Assembly (NCBI RefSeq): GCF_030684315.1
Contig: NC_081384.1
Location: 22,358,818-22,422,817, forward strand
Origin: Stegostoma tigrinum
Lineage: Eukaryota
Reading direction: 5' to 3'
DNA length: 64,000 bases
A program made the position numbers and the translations under genes. The notes under the pieces are model-generated. The model did no database searches. It had not been told where the DNA came from and was given only the letters and a program-made list of their open reading frames with translations. Position 1 is the first letter of the stretch. Every line of letters begins with the position of its first letter. Shown piece by piece: positions 52,407 to 64,000 of this stretch.

Positions 52407-53167
52407 TTATGGGCCAGACCAGCCACCCTTAAAACATGTCAAGGAGGTAGCCTGGATTCTAACTCTTTCTTGTTTTAAAAACAAGTGCCAGGCATTGCAT
52501 TCTGGATGCAATTTGATTGGTCAAATTACCAGGTTTGAAGCAAAACACTGAAAAACGTACTAACAATCACAGCAGACAAGGCAGCATCCATGTAGTGAAA
52601 GCAAGCTAACGTTTCAAGTCCAGCTGATTCTTCATCAGAGCTGAAATGAAGTGTAGAGTGGGCAATATTTATGCTTTGAAGCAAAGTATACACTATAGCA
52701 ATATAAGCAAAGGAAAGAAAGATTGGAATAATTTAACTCTATTGGAACACAACACAGAATGATAGATTGTTCAACCACTAAACAGCAACTGCTTCAATAT
52801 AGTAACATCCCATAAATACACCCTTGACAAAGGCAAATTCAGCAAAATAGGTTGTTTCACATGCAATTCTAGCAGCAGGAAGAGAACTCCAGCTATTAAC
52901 TGTAACAGAGAGACAATTAAAATCTTCCACTTCCAGCTTCAATACCTCAGCAACTGCAAGTGACGAGTAAACTAAAAGTCCTGGTTCTGTGTGAGTTGAC
53001 TCCACCTATTTACCTATGACCCCTTCTATTGGTCCAACATGTTAAAAAAAAGGGCCCACAGGCTGTTTATTTATTGGCTTTGAGCAGGCCGCTCTATACA
53101 CTTGTTTCAACCTCTCTTCACAAAAAAAAGGACAAAATACTCCTCATAAAACCATCATATCACCACA
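52407..53167. mobile_element. Possible solo LTR interrupted by a PLE fragment
   Basis: Starts TTATGGGCCAGACC and ends ATCACCACA, with LTR-like composition. No partner LTR in the window. Confidence 0.3.
52545..52674 (-). mobile_element. PLE 3'-end fragment of a further subfamily, with a hammerhead-like core
   Basis: Minus strand CTCTGATGAAGAATCAGCTGGACTTGAAACGTTAGC (52605-52640). Flanking repeat TTTGAAGCAAA at 52534-52544 and 52675-52685. Confidence 0.7.
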
Positions 53168-54959
53168 GCAACTACTTGAGATGGGTAATAACAAAAAACT
53201 TGATAAGTCAGAAAAGCACTTAGAGATCATGATTGCAAAATTGTATTTCCGTAAAATGGCACATTTGATGCCATTGATTATGAGCAGCATAACTATGCAA
53301 AACCTGGCATGAAATTACCAACTCAAAATCTGCCCCATGCACAAGGGACTGATTATTTTTGTTCTACAAAATTAATTGATTATTTTGTCAATTTTTCAGA
53401 AGTGGATATAGCTTGTGCACTTTTTAAAACTAATATACAATAATGTGAATGTTGAAGGGAGGGTTAAACATCACACAATCACTGCTAATTTACCACTGAA
53501 ATCACAATGGAATAGAATGGGCACCACAACTGCCAAGCCTATGATGCATGTTAACTACAGGTGTCCATGCAGCAGATTGTATATTATTCTCTTGATGATT
53601 CAGAACATCTACAAACTGAGCTCCTCTGCCGAATCAAATTTAGCATGGCTTTGTGTGTAAATAAAAGTATGCAGGTAGTCAGCTTTGTTCAGTCTGCCTT
53701 TGGGCAGCCTACCCTTGCTGGCAACCCACTTTGCTCCTCTACTTCTTTCATCAAGAAGTTATGGATTAAAATTAAGTGCCCATGCGACAATCTATACTGT
53801 CAGCAGGAAACAAAGGAGGTGGCATGCAGCACAAAGAACCTTGAATTTAATCTCCAGTTTCTTGAAGATGACCTGACATCATTGAGGTGACTATGCACAA
53901 TATTATGAGATTTTCAAGGAAATCAAAATGTAAATGTAAATTAAATTGTGAAATACAATGCACATGTCCACTCACATCAAAGGCCATTTTAGGACTGTTA
54001 TTAGCATATTTTCCTAGATAGAATTGTAAGTGTTCAGAGAAGAATTGAATGCTATAACTGAGAGCTTCAGATCATTCTGGATGGATGAGTTAACATAGGC
54101 AAAATAATATTCTTCATTCGTAATTGTGTTATAATCTTATAACATCATGGATGTTGCGCAAAACAGAATTGTTAAAATATTTGGCATGAAACCTCCTAAA
54201 CAACAAAGTGCTGAAATAGAAATAAATGAACAAACTGTCATGACGATGGGATTAGAACCCTAAAGTGCATGGACGTTTTAACTCTCAACTCCAAAATGTG
54301 ATTTTTAAAAGAAACTGCTGTATCTGAAAATTGGCTATTCGTTCAAATTCAGCACTTTGTCAAAGTCCTGTGTTGGGGACCCATAGAATGCCTATAAACC
54401 TGTTGAGTATTAGATAAATTTCAAACAGAGAAATAACTACAACTGGAATAGATAACAAGGAGGCTAATTATTACCCTCTCTCAGCAGAAAGTCATCTCTC
54501 CCAGAATTGTTGTATTTTGGCTTTCCACAAAATCCAAAAAAGGTTTAAAAACTGACTGCAACACTGGTCCGTGTGCAGTACTAGTTTCCTGATTACTAGT
54601 TTGTGGGCTAATAGGAGAGTCACAGCTTTGATAACATCGATTTAAATACTTATGCGCTGCAGGCATAGAAAGAGAAAAGAATTTCTCTCAGTCTGATTGC
54701 TGCCAGTCAGCCACAATTGAATGGAATCAGGACAAAATAGTTTCAATCATACTAGTGAACCAGAGTGAACCAGGACTTTAAAATCAACGGTGCAACTACC
54801 AAAATCAATGTTAACGGTAGCCTCCAATGCAATGGCTACAACATTCAACTGTATACTCTTCACGAACAACTCAAAAACTGATCAATATTTTGTTTAGCTT
54901 TTGTAATTTCAGATGTTATAAATAGACACTTGGATAATAACGATGCGATTGGCCACAGT

Positions 54960-56285
54960 CAGCCGGGCTTTGCAAGTGGGAAACTGTGTTTGATAAATTT
55001 GTGGCAGCTTTTTGAAGATGTTAGAAATTAATTGATGAAGGAGAACCAATGGATGAAGTGTACTCAGAATGTAATAATGCTCTTGGTAAAATCCCTGAAA
55101 AAGAGATTGGTTAGAAAAATGAAAGCATGTGCGATAGGAGGTAAGTATTGACATGGATTAATGATTAACAGGCATAAAACTAAGAGTAGGAATAAATGTG
55201 TCATTCTTGCATTGGCAGGTTGTGACTAGTAGGGTACTGCAAAGGCCTGTACTTGGGCCCAGGTTCTCACAACATGTATCGATGATCTGGAGGTGGGGAC
55301 CAAATGTAATATTTCTAAATTTATAGATGATAAAAAACTGAATGGTAATATTTGTTCTAAAGATGGTACAAAGTGGCTTCAGTAGGATTTCAGCAAGCTC
55401 AGTGAATGGACAAGATCTGATAGATATTTTCTAATTGACCCTTTCAGATATCTTATTATACATATGTGGAACAGGTGGATTTGAGCCCAGGCCTCCTGGC
55501 TGAAGAAATAATATGTGGAAAACTGTGAGGAACAAATGTGGGTAGTATTTCTTAAATGGCAAGAGGCTAGAAATTGCAGATGTACAAAGGGATCTAAGTG
55601 TCCTTGTCAATAAGTCACTGAAGGCTAACATACAGGTGCAGAAAACTGTCAGGAAAATTAATAGAATCTTGGCCTTGATTACGAGAGATTTGAATACTGG
55701 ATTTGTAAAGTCTTGCTTTAATTTTATCAGAGCTCAGTTAGATTGCACCTGGAATACGATGTCTAATTTGGTCTCCTTATCTCATTAAAGATATTATTGC
55801 CATAGAGGGATTGCAAGAAAGGTTTACCAGACTTGTTCCTGGGATGGTGGGACTGCCCTGTGAAGAGAGTTTGAGCAAACTGGAACTGTATTCTCTAGAG
55901 TTTCAAGATTGAGAAGTGATATCATTGAAACTTACCAAATACTGAAAGGAATAGACAGGGTAAATGCAGGTAAGATGTTTCCCATGGTTAGGAAGTCTAG
56001 AACCAGGCGATAGAACTTATAAATAAGTGGGTTGCCACTCTGGTCCAAGATGAAGGGTTTTTTTTCTGTCAGGTATTGTGAATCTTTGGAATATTCTATC
56101 TCAGAGAGCTGCAGAATCTCAGTCCTTGAGTAGGTTTAAGGTAGTATTGATAGATTTCTGATTTCCAACAGCATACGAGGGATGGGATTGGGGCAGGTAA
56201 ACGATATTGAAGTTTTTGACAAGCCATGATGATATTGAATCATGGAAAAGGCTCAATGGTTTGCATGACCTCATATTCCTATGAT
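54960..56285 (+). mobile_element. Old CR1 LINE (RT to 3' end)
   Basis: Decayed SRVLQRPVLGP (cf. SGVPQGSVLGP), ISKFIDDKKL (cf. SKFADDTKL), KLELYSLE, DIIETYQILKGIDRV. Confidence 0.85.
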
Positions 56286-58728
56286 GCATTTGATTTGTAT
56301 AGCTCTGATATTTATGGTTACCAAATGAGCCATTAAAGTGGCTTTGAACTGTTCTTCTTTCACCTGCAAGAGATCAGATATTGACTGCAAACATAAAATT
56401 GCTTAAAAGGAAGTCACTCATGATGTAACATTTTCTGACCCTTACTTTTTGCCTTTTTATAGTTCAAAGAGAAGACATGTGATTTAGTTAGTCTTGCTAA
56501 AGAGCTAGAAATCTGTTTGAAGCGCTGGTGATTCTATTAGAATATTGAAAGGACTGGTTAAAATGTATGACATCCCTCATAGACTCTTTTCTCTCTTTGA
56601 CCTGTATAAAATTAAAATATAAAGCATAATGCTATTTTTAAGACAATTTATCATTGTTGTTATGACAAACTATTAAATTTCTTTTCATACAATGAGAATT
56701 CTGGCTAAGAAGTCTACTGGTCAATTGAATAATATCTTGCTATGTGATACTTGGAGCTGTGGTTCATGATTAGGGTATCACCAGATGTGCTGTTCACTAT
56801 TTCTGCTGCTTGTTTTGATCTGCAGTATTTCACATCTGTGCAACATTTAACAAATGAGCTCAATCTGAAAACAGATGGTGTTTAACACAGTTTTTCATAT
56901 AGAAAATGCCTTCGTAGAAAACATAAAAAAGTCAGGCATAATAGTACGGTGAGTTGAAAAATGGGTGAAGCTTCTCAGGTAACCATGGATACATGTAGCA
57001 AGGTGAACATTCAATAGATTCAAATAGCTTTTGTGCTGTAGCTGATAAAAGGGAGTACACAACAGTGAGTCAAAATTTTAAGCAATGTTTCTGTATGAAT
57101 AGTTAGCTTCAAATACCTTGCAAATATGAATGTCTGTGCCTTATTAAGACATTTTTGTGTTAGTAGGTGAAGTTAACATCATTCAATTATTTATAAATAC
57201 AGCCCTTTAAGACATTTTTTGATTTGGCACGTGGATCTTAGATGTGTGAATGTTTCCATACAGACATTAAAATAAGATGATTAGTATATGAAGAATGTTT
57301 CTTGAGGGTACTTTAAAAAATAAATGAATTATTATTCTTTTGCTTCACATTCTGGCATACTCTTAGTATGTAGACATCCATCACATTATATATACAACAT
57401 GTGTTTTGAACAATGATGGTATGTTTGAAGTTGCCTTGGAAACAAGACTCGCATCTCCCAGCATGCTCTGTTTGACTGACAGGTCGCCTGCTGAGCTCTA
57501 TTAAACCTTTCTGCTCTGTTACACATTGAAGAATGTGATGAAGGACACACATTTATCTCTATGTCACTCATGTCACATCAGACTGCTCACCGATAAGGAC
57601 TCTTACCCTTCTGCCTCCTTCATCAGAAGGCCCTGTAGCAACTGCAAAGGTGTCCCCACTAAGTCCGCTATCTTAAATAGCGCTATTGTTTACTTCACAA
57701 GACCTTAACAATTGGCCAGAGCTGTCTGTGGGTATTCTAACATTTCAGGCCTACAGACAAACATCGTCCATTTTGGTTCAAATAAAATTTTCATTACAGA
57801 TGTGAAACTTTAGTCAAAGTAAGATTCAGAGATGTTGTCCAGGTGACAATTTAGCTGGGTTGTCACCATTTTTTTGAGATTAAAAACAAATTAACTCTTG
57901 CTCACTGGATTTTCTTTAAAATGGTATTAATTTGGAACAAAAACAGAATCAAGCTAAAACTCACTCTAAAAAAAAATTTCCTGCAGAACAATCTATTGCA
58001 CTGAATAATCATTCTAATCACAAGTTGACCTTAAAATACATTTTAATTGATACAATGGCCTTTAGAGAAGTGAATTAGATGACTTAAAATGCACTAACCT
58101 TTCCATCAGTATTAGTTTCACATCTATACATTTCAAGTAACTTAATGAGAAATTTATTATAATATGATAACAACATATTATTAGATCAATGCAAATCCTA
58201 ACTGCAGACATCTAGCCTTTTAATTATGGTGAACAAACTTAGGTTTTATTTTTCAAAATGTTGTTTACTTCCTCGAAAAACACATTCAAACCACCTCGTA
58301 AAAGAGAGTCACAACAACGTCAGCAGCTTTCGAGCTGTGGTTATGTAAGGTTACTTAAGGACATGTCCTGATTATGAGAGGGTTTACTGCCCTTGTTAGA
58401 TGTTGGGAGCCCTTTTTAACTGATGGTGTGGCTTCATTTTGATCAGTACACAAGGAATGCATGCTTTCTACTGGAATTCAAAGTTGCAAATCAGTAACAA
58501 AGAGATAGGAATGGCATATTTAAACAGCTCCTGCCCCAAATGTAGATAGGACGCTTGTTGGGTGTGCCATGGATATCCAAAGCTGACTCCCACATTTTCA
58601 TGCGCAGGCTCCTTCTCTTTTAGGTTACAAATAAGGCATATCTGCCCAAATTCATCACCCCCTGCAAATCCCACACCCTGCCCCCACCCGCCATTCTTAT
58701 TGCAATGGGACTGCAGGGATTTTTAAAT

Positions 58729-59074
58729 TTCATTCATGGAATGTTGACATTACTGGCAAGGCCAAAATTTATTCTCCATCCTTAATGGCCCAGAAGACAA
58801 TTTAGAGAAAATCACATTGCTCTGAGTTTGGAATCACATATATGCCAGACCAGGTAACGTTAACAGATTTCATTCTCTAAAGCACATTAATGGACTAAAT
58901 GGGTTTTTTTTAACATTCGAAAAGATTGGCATGGTTAAGATGAATTTAGCTTTTTTATTCTGGATTTTTCTGGAGGTTCAGATTTCACCATAGTGGGATT
59001 TGAACATGTCCCCAGACATTAGCCCGGGGTACTGGATTAATAGGGTAGTGGTATTACCACTGCAACATTGTCTC
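58729..59074 (-). mobile_element. SINE made of the 5' ~290 bp and 3' ~70 bp of the tRNA-headed LINE
   Basis: On the minus strand: GCAGTGGTAAT..CTATTAATCCAG..GTTCAAATCCCAC..GAAATCTG..GCAATGTG..AATTGTCTTCTG (as 43351-43642), then GGATGG..AATAAAT..TGGCC..CATTCCATGAATGAA (as 46868-46922). Confidence 0.75.
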
Positions 59075-59909
59075 CATAAATTCTCAATTTGCAAGGATAA
59101 ATGCCACCATTTTATCATTGCAATCTCACTCACATGGCCATCTCTCACATTAAATTTGTCAATGGACACTCATCACACCAAGATGCATGGGGTACTACTC
59201 TCACTATTGCATGCATCATGTCCTTTAACTACATCATCCTCCCAAACTATAAAACCTCCATCACAACTTATTGCTCTTTCATCCACTTCCATCACACTCA
59301 ATTCCTTACTTTGACTCATTTCACGAAAAAATTGGTCAAATCACCAAAGTGGTATTTTCATAGCACAACGACTAAGCTATCCATGATCCCCTAACAGTTT
59401 GCACTGACATGGAAGACTGACTATGGCCCAATCCCTGGATTGTAAGGACGTATATCCCTGAACTTTGATAGAATAAAACATAGAAGAGCTCTGAATGACT
59501 AAAAGGATGGACATGTTGCTCCATGGCAGCTCACAAAGCCAATCTCCTGGAATGAAATCAGATGTGCCCTTTGTTTGATTATGGCAGTACCTGCTGCCTG
59601 ACTGTCATCCCTTTGATCCCAATAATGTTTTCACACCTTGACTGTTAATCATTTGCTTGAAGCACAGTGTTTTTGCTGTGCAAGTTGCTGGCAGGTGTGA
59701 CATTGACACCGTATGGTTCTATACAGGGACATGTCTATCCTCATGTCTGTTCAGTGCCTCCTATGCTGACAAGATGCCAAACTCTCCCTCAGTGCTTAAA
59801 TGCAAAGCAAGCCACAAAGGCTGGTGTCTAAGTAAGTGAAAAGTGAACAAATGTTAAGAAAGAAAGCTCAGAAGCATGAAGTCATGGGTGACCTTGAACT
59901 TCAAAGTGA

Positions 59910-60205
59910 AGAACAAAGAACAAAGAAAATTACAGCTCAGGAACAGGCCCTTTGGCCCTCCAAACCTGTGCCGATCGAAATCCTCTGTCTAAGCCTATCA
60001 TCTACTTTCTAAGGGTCTGTATCCCTTTGCTCTCTGCCCATCATGTACCTGTCCAGATACATCTTAAGAGACACTAACGTGTCTGCGTCTACCACCTCCG
60101 CTGGCAACGCGTTCCAGGCACCCAACACCCTCTGCGTAAAGAACTTTCCATGCATATCTCCCGTAAACTTTCCTCCTCCCACTTTGAACTCGTGATCCCT
60201 AGTAA
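59910..60205 (-). mobile_element. Younger CR1 LINE 3' end
   Basis: (AAGAACA)n tail, GAACAGGCCCTTTGGCCC and GGCAACGCGTTCCAGGCACCC. Confidence 0.85.
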
Positions 60206-60287
60206 CTGAAAGAACTAAAGTGTTGACGTGGTGTATTGGTTAGACAAAACAGGCATGCTGCCATAGTTAAGGTGATGGTTTGGAACA

Positions 60288-61088
60288 CAGGAACAGGTGT
60301 AGGCCATTCAGTGCCATCAACCTGTTCCACCACTTAATGAGATCATGGCTGACCTGTTGCCTAACTTTTTATGGGCCTTATCCCTTCATACCCTTGCTTA
60401 ACAAAACATACCTTAACAAAAAAATTATCCGAGTTTTGAGGAAGCGTCACTGAACCCAAAACTTTAACTCTGATTTCTCTTCACAGACGCTGCCAGACCT
60501 GCTGAGCCTTTCTGGCAATTTCTGTTTTAGTTTCTGACTTCTAGCATCCACAGTTTTTTTCAGTTTGTTAATAAAAATCTATCTCAGATTTGAAACAAAC
60601 AACTGATCTGGCATTATTTGCCATTTGTGGAAGAGAATTCCAAATCCTCTACCACCTTTGTGTGTAGAAGTGCTTCCTAACATCTCTCCTGATTGGTCTG
60701 GCCCTAATTTCCAGACAATGCCCCCTAGGTTCTAGAATCTCCAACCTATGGAAATAGTTTATCTTTATCTGCCCTGTCTTTTCCTGTTATATCTTAACGA
60801 CTTTGATTAGATCATCCTTTAACCTTTTAAATTCTAGAGAAAACAGGCCTGATTTGCAAAATATCTCCCCATAAATTGACACCTGAAGTCTAGGTATGAT
60901 CTCTGTAAATCTATTTTGTACTCCCTCCAAGTTCAATATATCTGTCTTAAAGTGTACTGCCCAGATCTGTTTAAGTGGTGCCCAATCAGACTTTTGAAAG
61001 CTGCAGCATTACTTCTGCATTCCTATAATTCACTCGTCTAGATAGAAAGGCCAGAATTTGGTTAGCTATCTTGATTATTGATTTTCTG
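60288..61088 (-). mobile_element. CR1 LINE 3' fragment interrupted by a PLE end (~60432-60566, +)
   Basis: GGAACAGGTGTAGGCCATTCAG tail. The insert TTGAGGAAGCGTCACTGAACCCAAAAC..CACAGACGCTGCCAGACCTGCTGAG matches the old PLE subfamily. Confidence 0.75.
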
Positions 61089-61114
61089 CTACTGACTTCC
61101 TAACATAGGAAGAT

Positions 61115-61440
61115 AGTTGTGATTATTGGAGGTCAGTTGTTTCAGCTTCAGGGCCTCTCTGTAGGAATTCCTCGAGGTAATGTCCTGTGCCCAATCATCT
61201 TCAGCTGTTTCATCAATGACCTTCCCTCCATCAAAAGAAATGGAGGCATTTGCCAATGATGGAATAATGTTCTGCGCCATTTTAACTCCTTAGATATTGA
61301 AGCAGACCTTACTCAAATGTAACAAAATCTGGACAAAATCAAGGCATGGGCTGACAGGTGGCAAGTAACATTTTTGCCACACGGATGAAAGCCAGTGACG
61401 ATATCCAAAGAGGCAATCTAACTACCACCCGTGCCATGAC
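61115..61440 (+). mobile_element. RT fragment of the tRNA-headed LINE family
   Basis: TTCAGCTGTTTCATCAATGACCTTCCCTCCATCA and TGGGCTGACAGGTGGCAAGT, homologous to 45921-46230. Confidence 0.8.
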
Positions 61441-62299
61441 AAAGAGAAGAAATTTCCACCAAGTATGCTGTGCCACAGTTCTTGCATTTACTTGGTAAAT
61501 GAAATTGAGCCTCCACTCCCTATTAGGCAAGTTTATGGTAATCTCTGTACAGTTTAATTGCCATAATGATAATGGAACGTACACATAATTGGCAAGATGT
61601 CTCGAGAAAGAATGAGCATTGCAAGTGTAAAATCTTCATAAACTCAACAGAAGTCATAGTGATAAGTTCAAAATAATTCAGGTACAACTGTGAGTTATTT
61701 CCAATGAATTTGAGCCTGATTATTCCAAAATGATGTTAAAAGTTTGTTCCAATTGGATGTATGCAACATTCTACAGAGGTACTACCATGTTTCTTAAGGT
61801 TGTGGTTATTTTGTTGGAACCCATTTTTAAAGGGTTTTTATCGTGGACATTCAGAAATATTGCAAAATAAATAAAAATTATCAAATTTTAATCAAACCTC
61901 AATTGTTAGTTCAGTAAGATCTCGTTCATCATGTGATGATTAGGAAAAGGTTTCAAGTCACTCAAGCCCATTGGAAATATAACAATTTCACTGAAATCAG
62001 ACATTTAGCACAAAAATCCTGTAACACATTCCGCCAGAGATAAACCAAGAAATTCACAGCCTCTGTTGATACTGCAGAAAAAAAACTTGCATTTATGAAG
62101 CTGTATTCATGGTCTCAAGATATTCCGCAGCACATTACAGTCTGTGAAATCCCTTTATCTCTAGCCACTACTATAATGTAGGAAACATGTCTCACAATAA
62201 GCCTCAATAAATAAACCTGCGGTGGTCTGACCTTTTCTCAAAGGGACTTGGGTTGGGGAGCAGTTATTGGCCAGAATGCCAAAAAGAATTTTCTATGTC

Positions 62300-63266
62300 T
62301 TTCTTTATGGTAAGCCATCAGTGCTCTATCGAGATGAAATTGTGGTAAAATTAGGAGTAGAATCAAAACAATTATTAAAATTCTATCACAACATTATACT
62401 AGGAAGGGAAGGCCCAGAATATAGCACCAGTCTTACAAAGAAAAATGCAAAAACAAAATCACAATACCGGAAGTGTTCAAGCTACTCTGGTTTATTTGCT
62501 TAATTATAAATATGGCAAAGAGAAAGAAAAATTCAGAATAAGGGGTTGCACAATTAAGACAGAGGTAAGGAAAAAAATTATTTTCTCAGATGATTGTGAA
62601 TCTGCACAACCCTTTACTGCAGAGGGATGTTGAGGTTGGTCATTAAGTATATTCAAAGCTGAAATAGACGGATATTTCATCATGAAGGGTATCAAGGGTC
62701 TATGGGGAATAGGTAGGCAGGTGGATTTGAGAATTATCAGATCAATTTTGAACACATTGAATGGCACAGCTGATCAATGGACCAAATGGCCTACTTCTGC
62801 TCCTATGCTCCATGATTTTATGCCCATCCTCAAGTTGTTCCATGGGATCATGCAGATTCACTCATGAGACACTTTCTGAGAGCTCAACTCATCTGACAGT
62901 TAGCGCCTGTAACAATCACTACGTCTCCATTTTATGCTCAAATCTATAAAGTGATTCTTGAATGCAACCTTCTGACTCAAAGTTGAGAATGCTATTACTG
63001 AACCATATTGGATGTTTAAAAATGAGAAATTTTCTTTATACTAATCCATCAGTGCTCTATAAGGATGAAAGTGTTACAAAATTTTGAGTGCTATCAAACT
63101 AATTATTGTAATTCGATTGCAACATTATTCTAGAAAGGAAATGCCAAGAGGTTTAGCAGCACCAGTCTTATGAAGGAAATACAAAGAATATCATCCAAAT
63201 ACTGGAAATTTTAGATCTACTGTGGGTTACTTATGTAATTATAAACATGGTAAAAGGCAAGAAAAA
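62300..63266 (+). repeat. Diverged ~235-bp direct repeat (62300-62532 and 63031-63266) flanking a CR1 3' end (~62530-62820) and SINE remnants
   Basis: Shared collinear blocks CCATCAGTGCTCTAT, CAACATTAT.CTAG, AGCACCAGTCTTA and TAATTATAAA.ATGG.AAA. Confidence 0.8.
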
Positions 63267-64000
63267 TATAATGCAATTAGCGTAAAATTATTACCTATAT
63301 GCAGGCTAATGTTGTCCCAAGGGTTTTCTGGTCTACAAGTTAAATAAACATGATTGGGAAAGGTTTATGTCATTGATGCAAATAATTTGAAAATGTAATC
63401 AATCTAACTCTTGTCCTTGTATGTTGAGAACACAGTAGAATAATAAAGGATGACTGGGAATGATTAAAAGGTAGTAATTTCATTCAAGAGGTTTAGACAT
63501 TATTAGAAACCATGAATGCAAAGCTGCAGTGGTTTATCATTAACAGCTGAATCCCATGATAAAACAAAAGCCCCCTAGGCCATCTCCATAGCTTTAGAAT
63601 ATTGGCTAAGCTATGGTGGCCTATCTTATTTACTTTTGGATTTATTTATTCTGCTTGCCACTAGAGACTGCCAAAAACATTTTCCAAGAAAGATGAGTTG
63701 CATTGCTGAAAGTTAGGTTCCTGTTTGCTTTCTTTTTGTCCAATTTCTACCATAGATCTCATAGCACAACCTTACCCATTTCCTAATTGCTTTCCTCTTT
63801 GAACTCTCTTACCGTTATACAGTTGTACGGGTGTAGTCCAATGATAGCTATTTACCATTGGTAATTAAGGCTGCTCTCTGTATGTGACTTGAAGCAACAA
63901 TTGTTGGCAGCTCTTCCTGTTGGTGAGCACGTGGTAGGCTACTTTTGCTTTCATATTAATCCTAGCGGTTTAGGTTTACGATGACAACAAAAGCTGCTAC

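Noticed and set aside
53561-53890. 109-aa ORF as a host exon or gene
   Set aside because: No recognisable domain and no convincing splice pair; the length is compatible with chance.
1-64000. CRISPR arrays, operons, rRNA or other prokaryote-type systems
   Set aside because: The DNA is vertebrate and repeat-rich; no regularly spaced repeat-spacer array or dense coding organisation is present.

Overview
This is AT-rich vertebrate genomic DNA with no host protein-coding gene I can support. HE1-type tRNA SINEs and HER1/CR1 LINE tails point to an elasmobranch (shark or ray); this is an inference. Most ORFs in the track are chance or transposon-derived. Main contents: (1) An old, complete LTR element at 3151-9290 with TG..CA LTRs, a 5-bp TSD (GTGAC), a decayed Ser-tRNA-like PBS and a PPT. 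It has no visible gag/pol, keeps a lokiretrovirus-like env transmembrane remnant, and carries decayed, unrecognised ORFs with two H-xn-CG-x3-C-x2-C motifs. (2) Over a dozen Penelope-like (Neptune-type, RT plus GIY-YIG) insertions from several subfamilies. Many are TSD-flanked palindromes of two outward-facing 3' ends that carry minimal hammerhead-ribozyme cores; only one arm has the ~35-nt tail. (3) A near full-length single-ORF APE-RT LINE with a tRNA-like head (43351-46925), plus a SINE made of that LINE's head and tail (58729-59074). (4) Fossils of Ty3/Gypsy, Harbinger, CR1 and SINE elements. Boundaries of old repeats are approximate and read by eye; no database searches were run.
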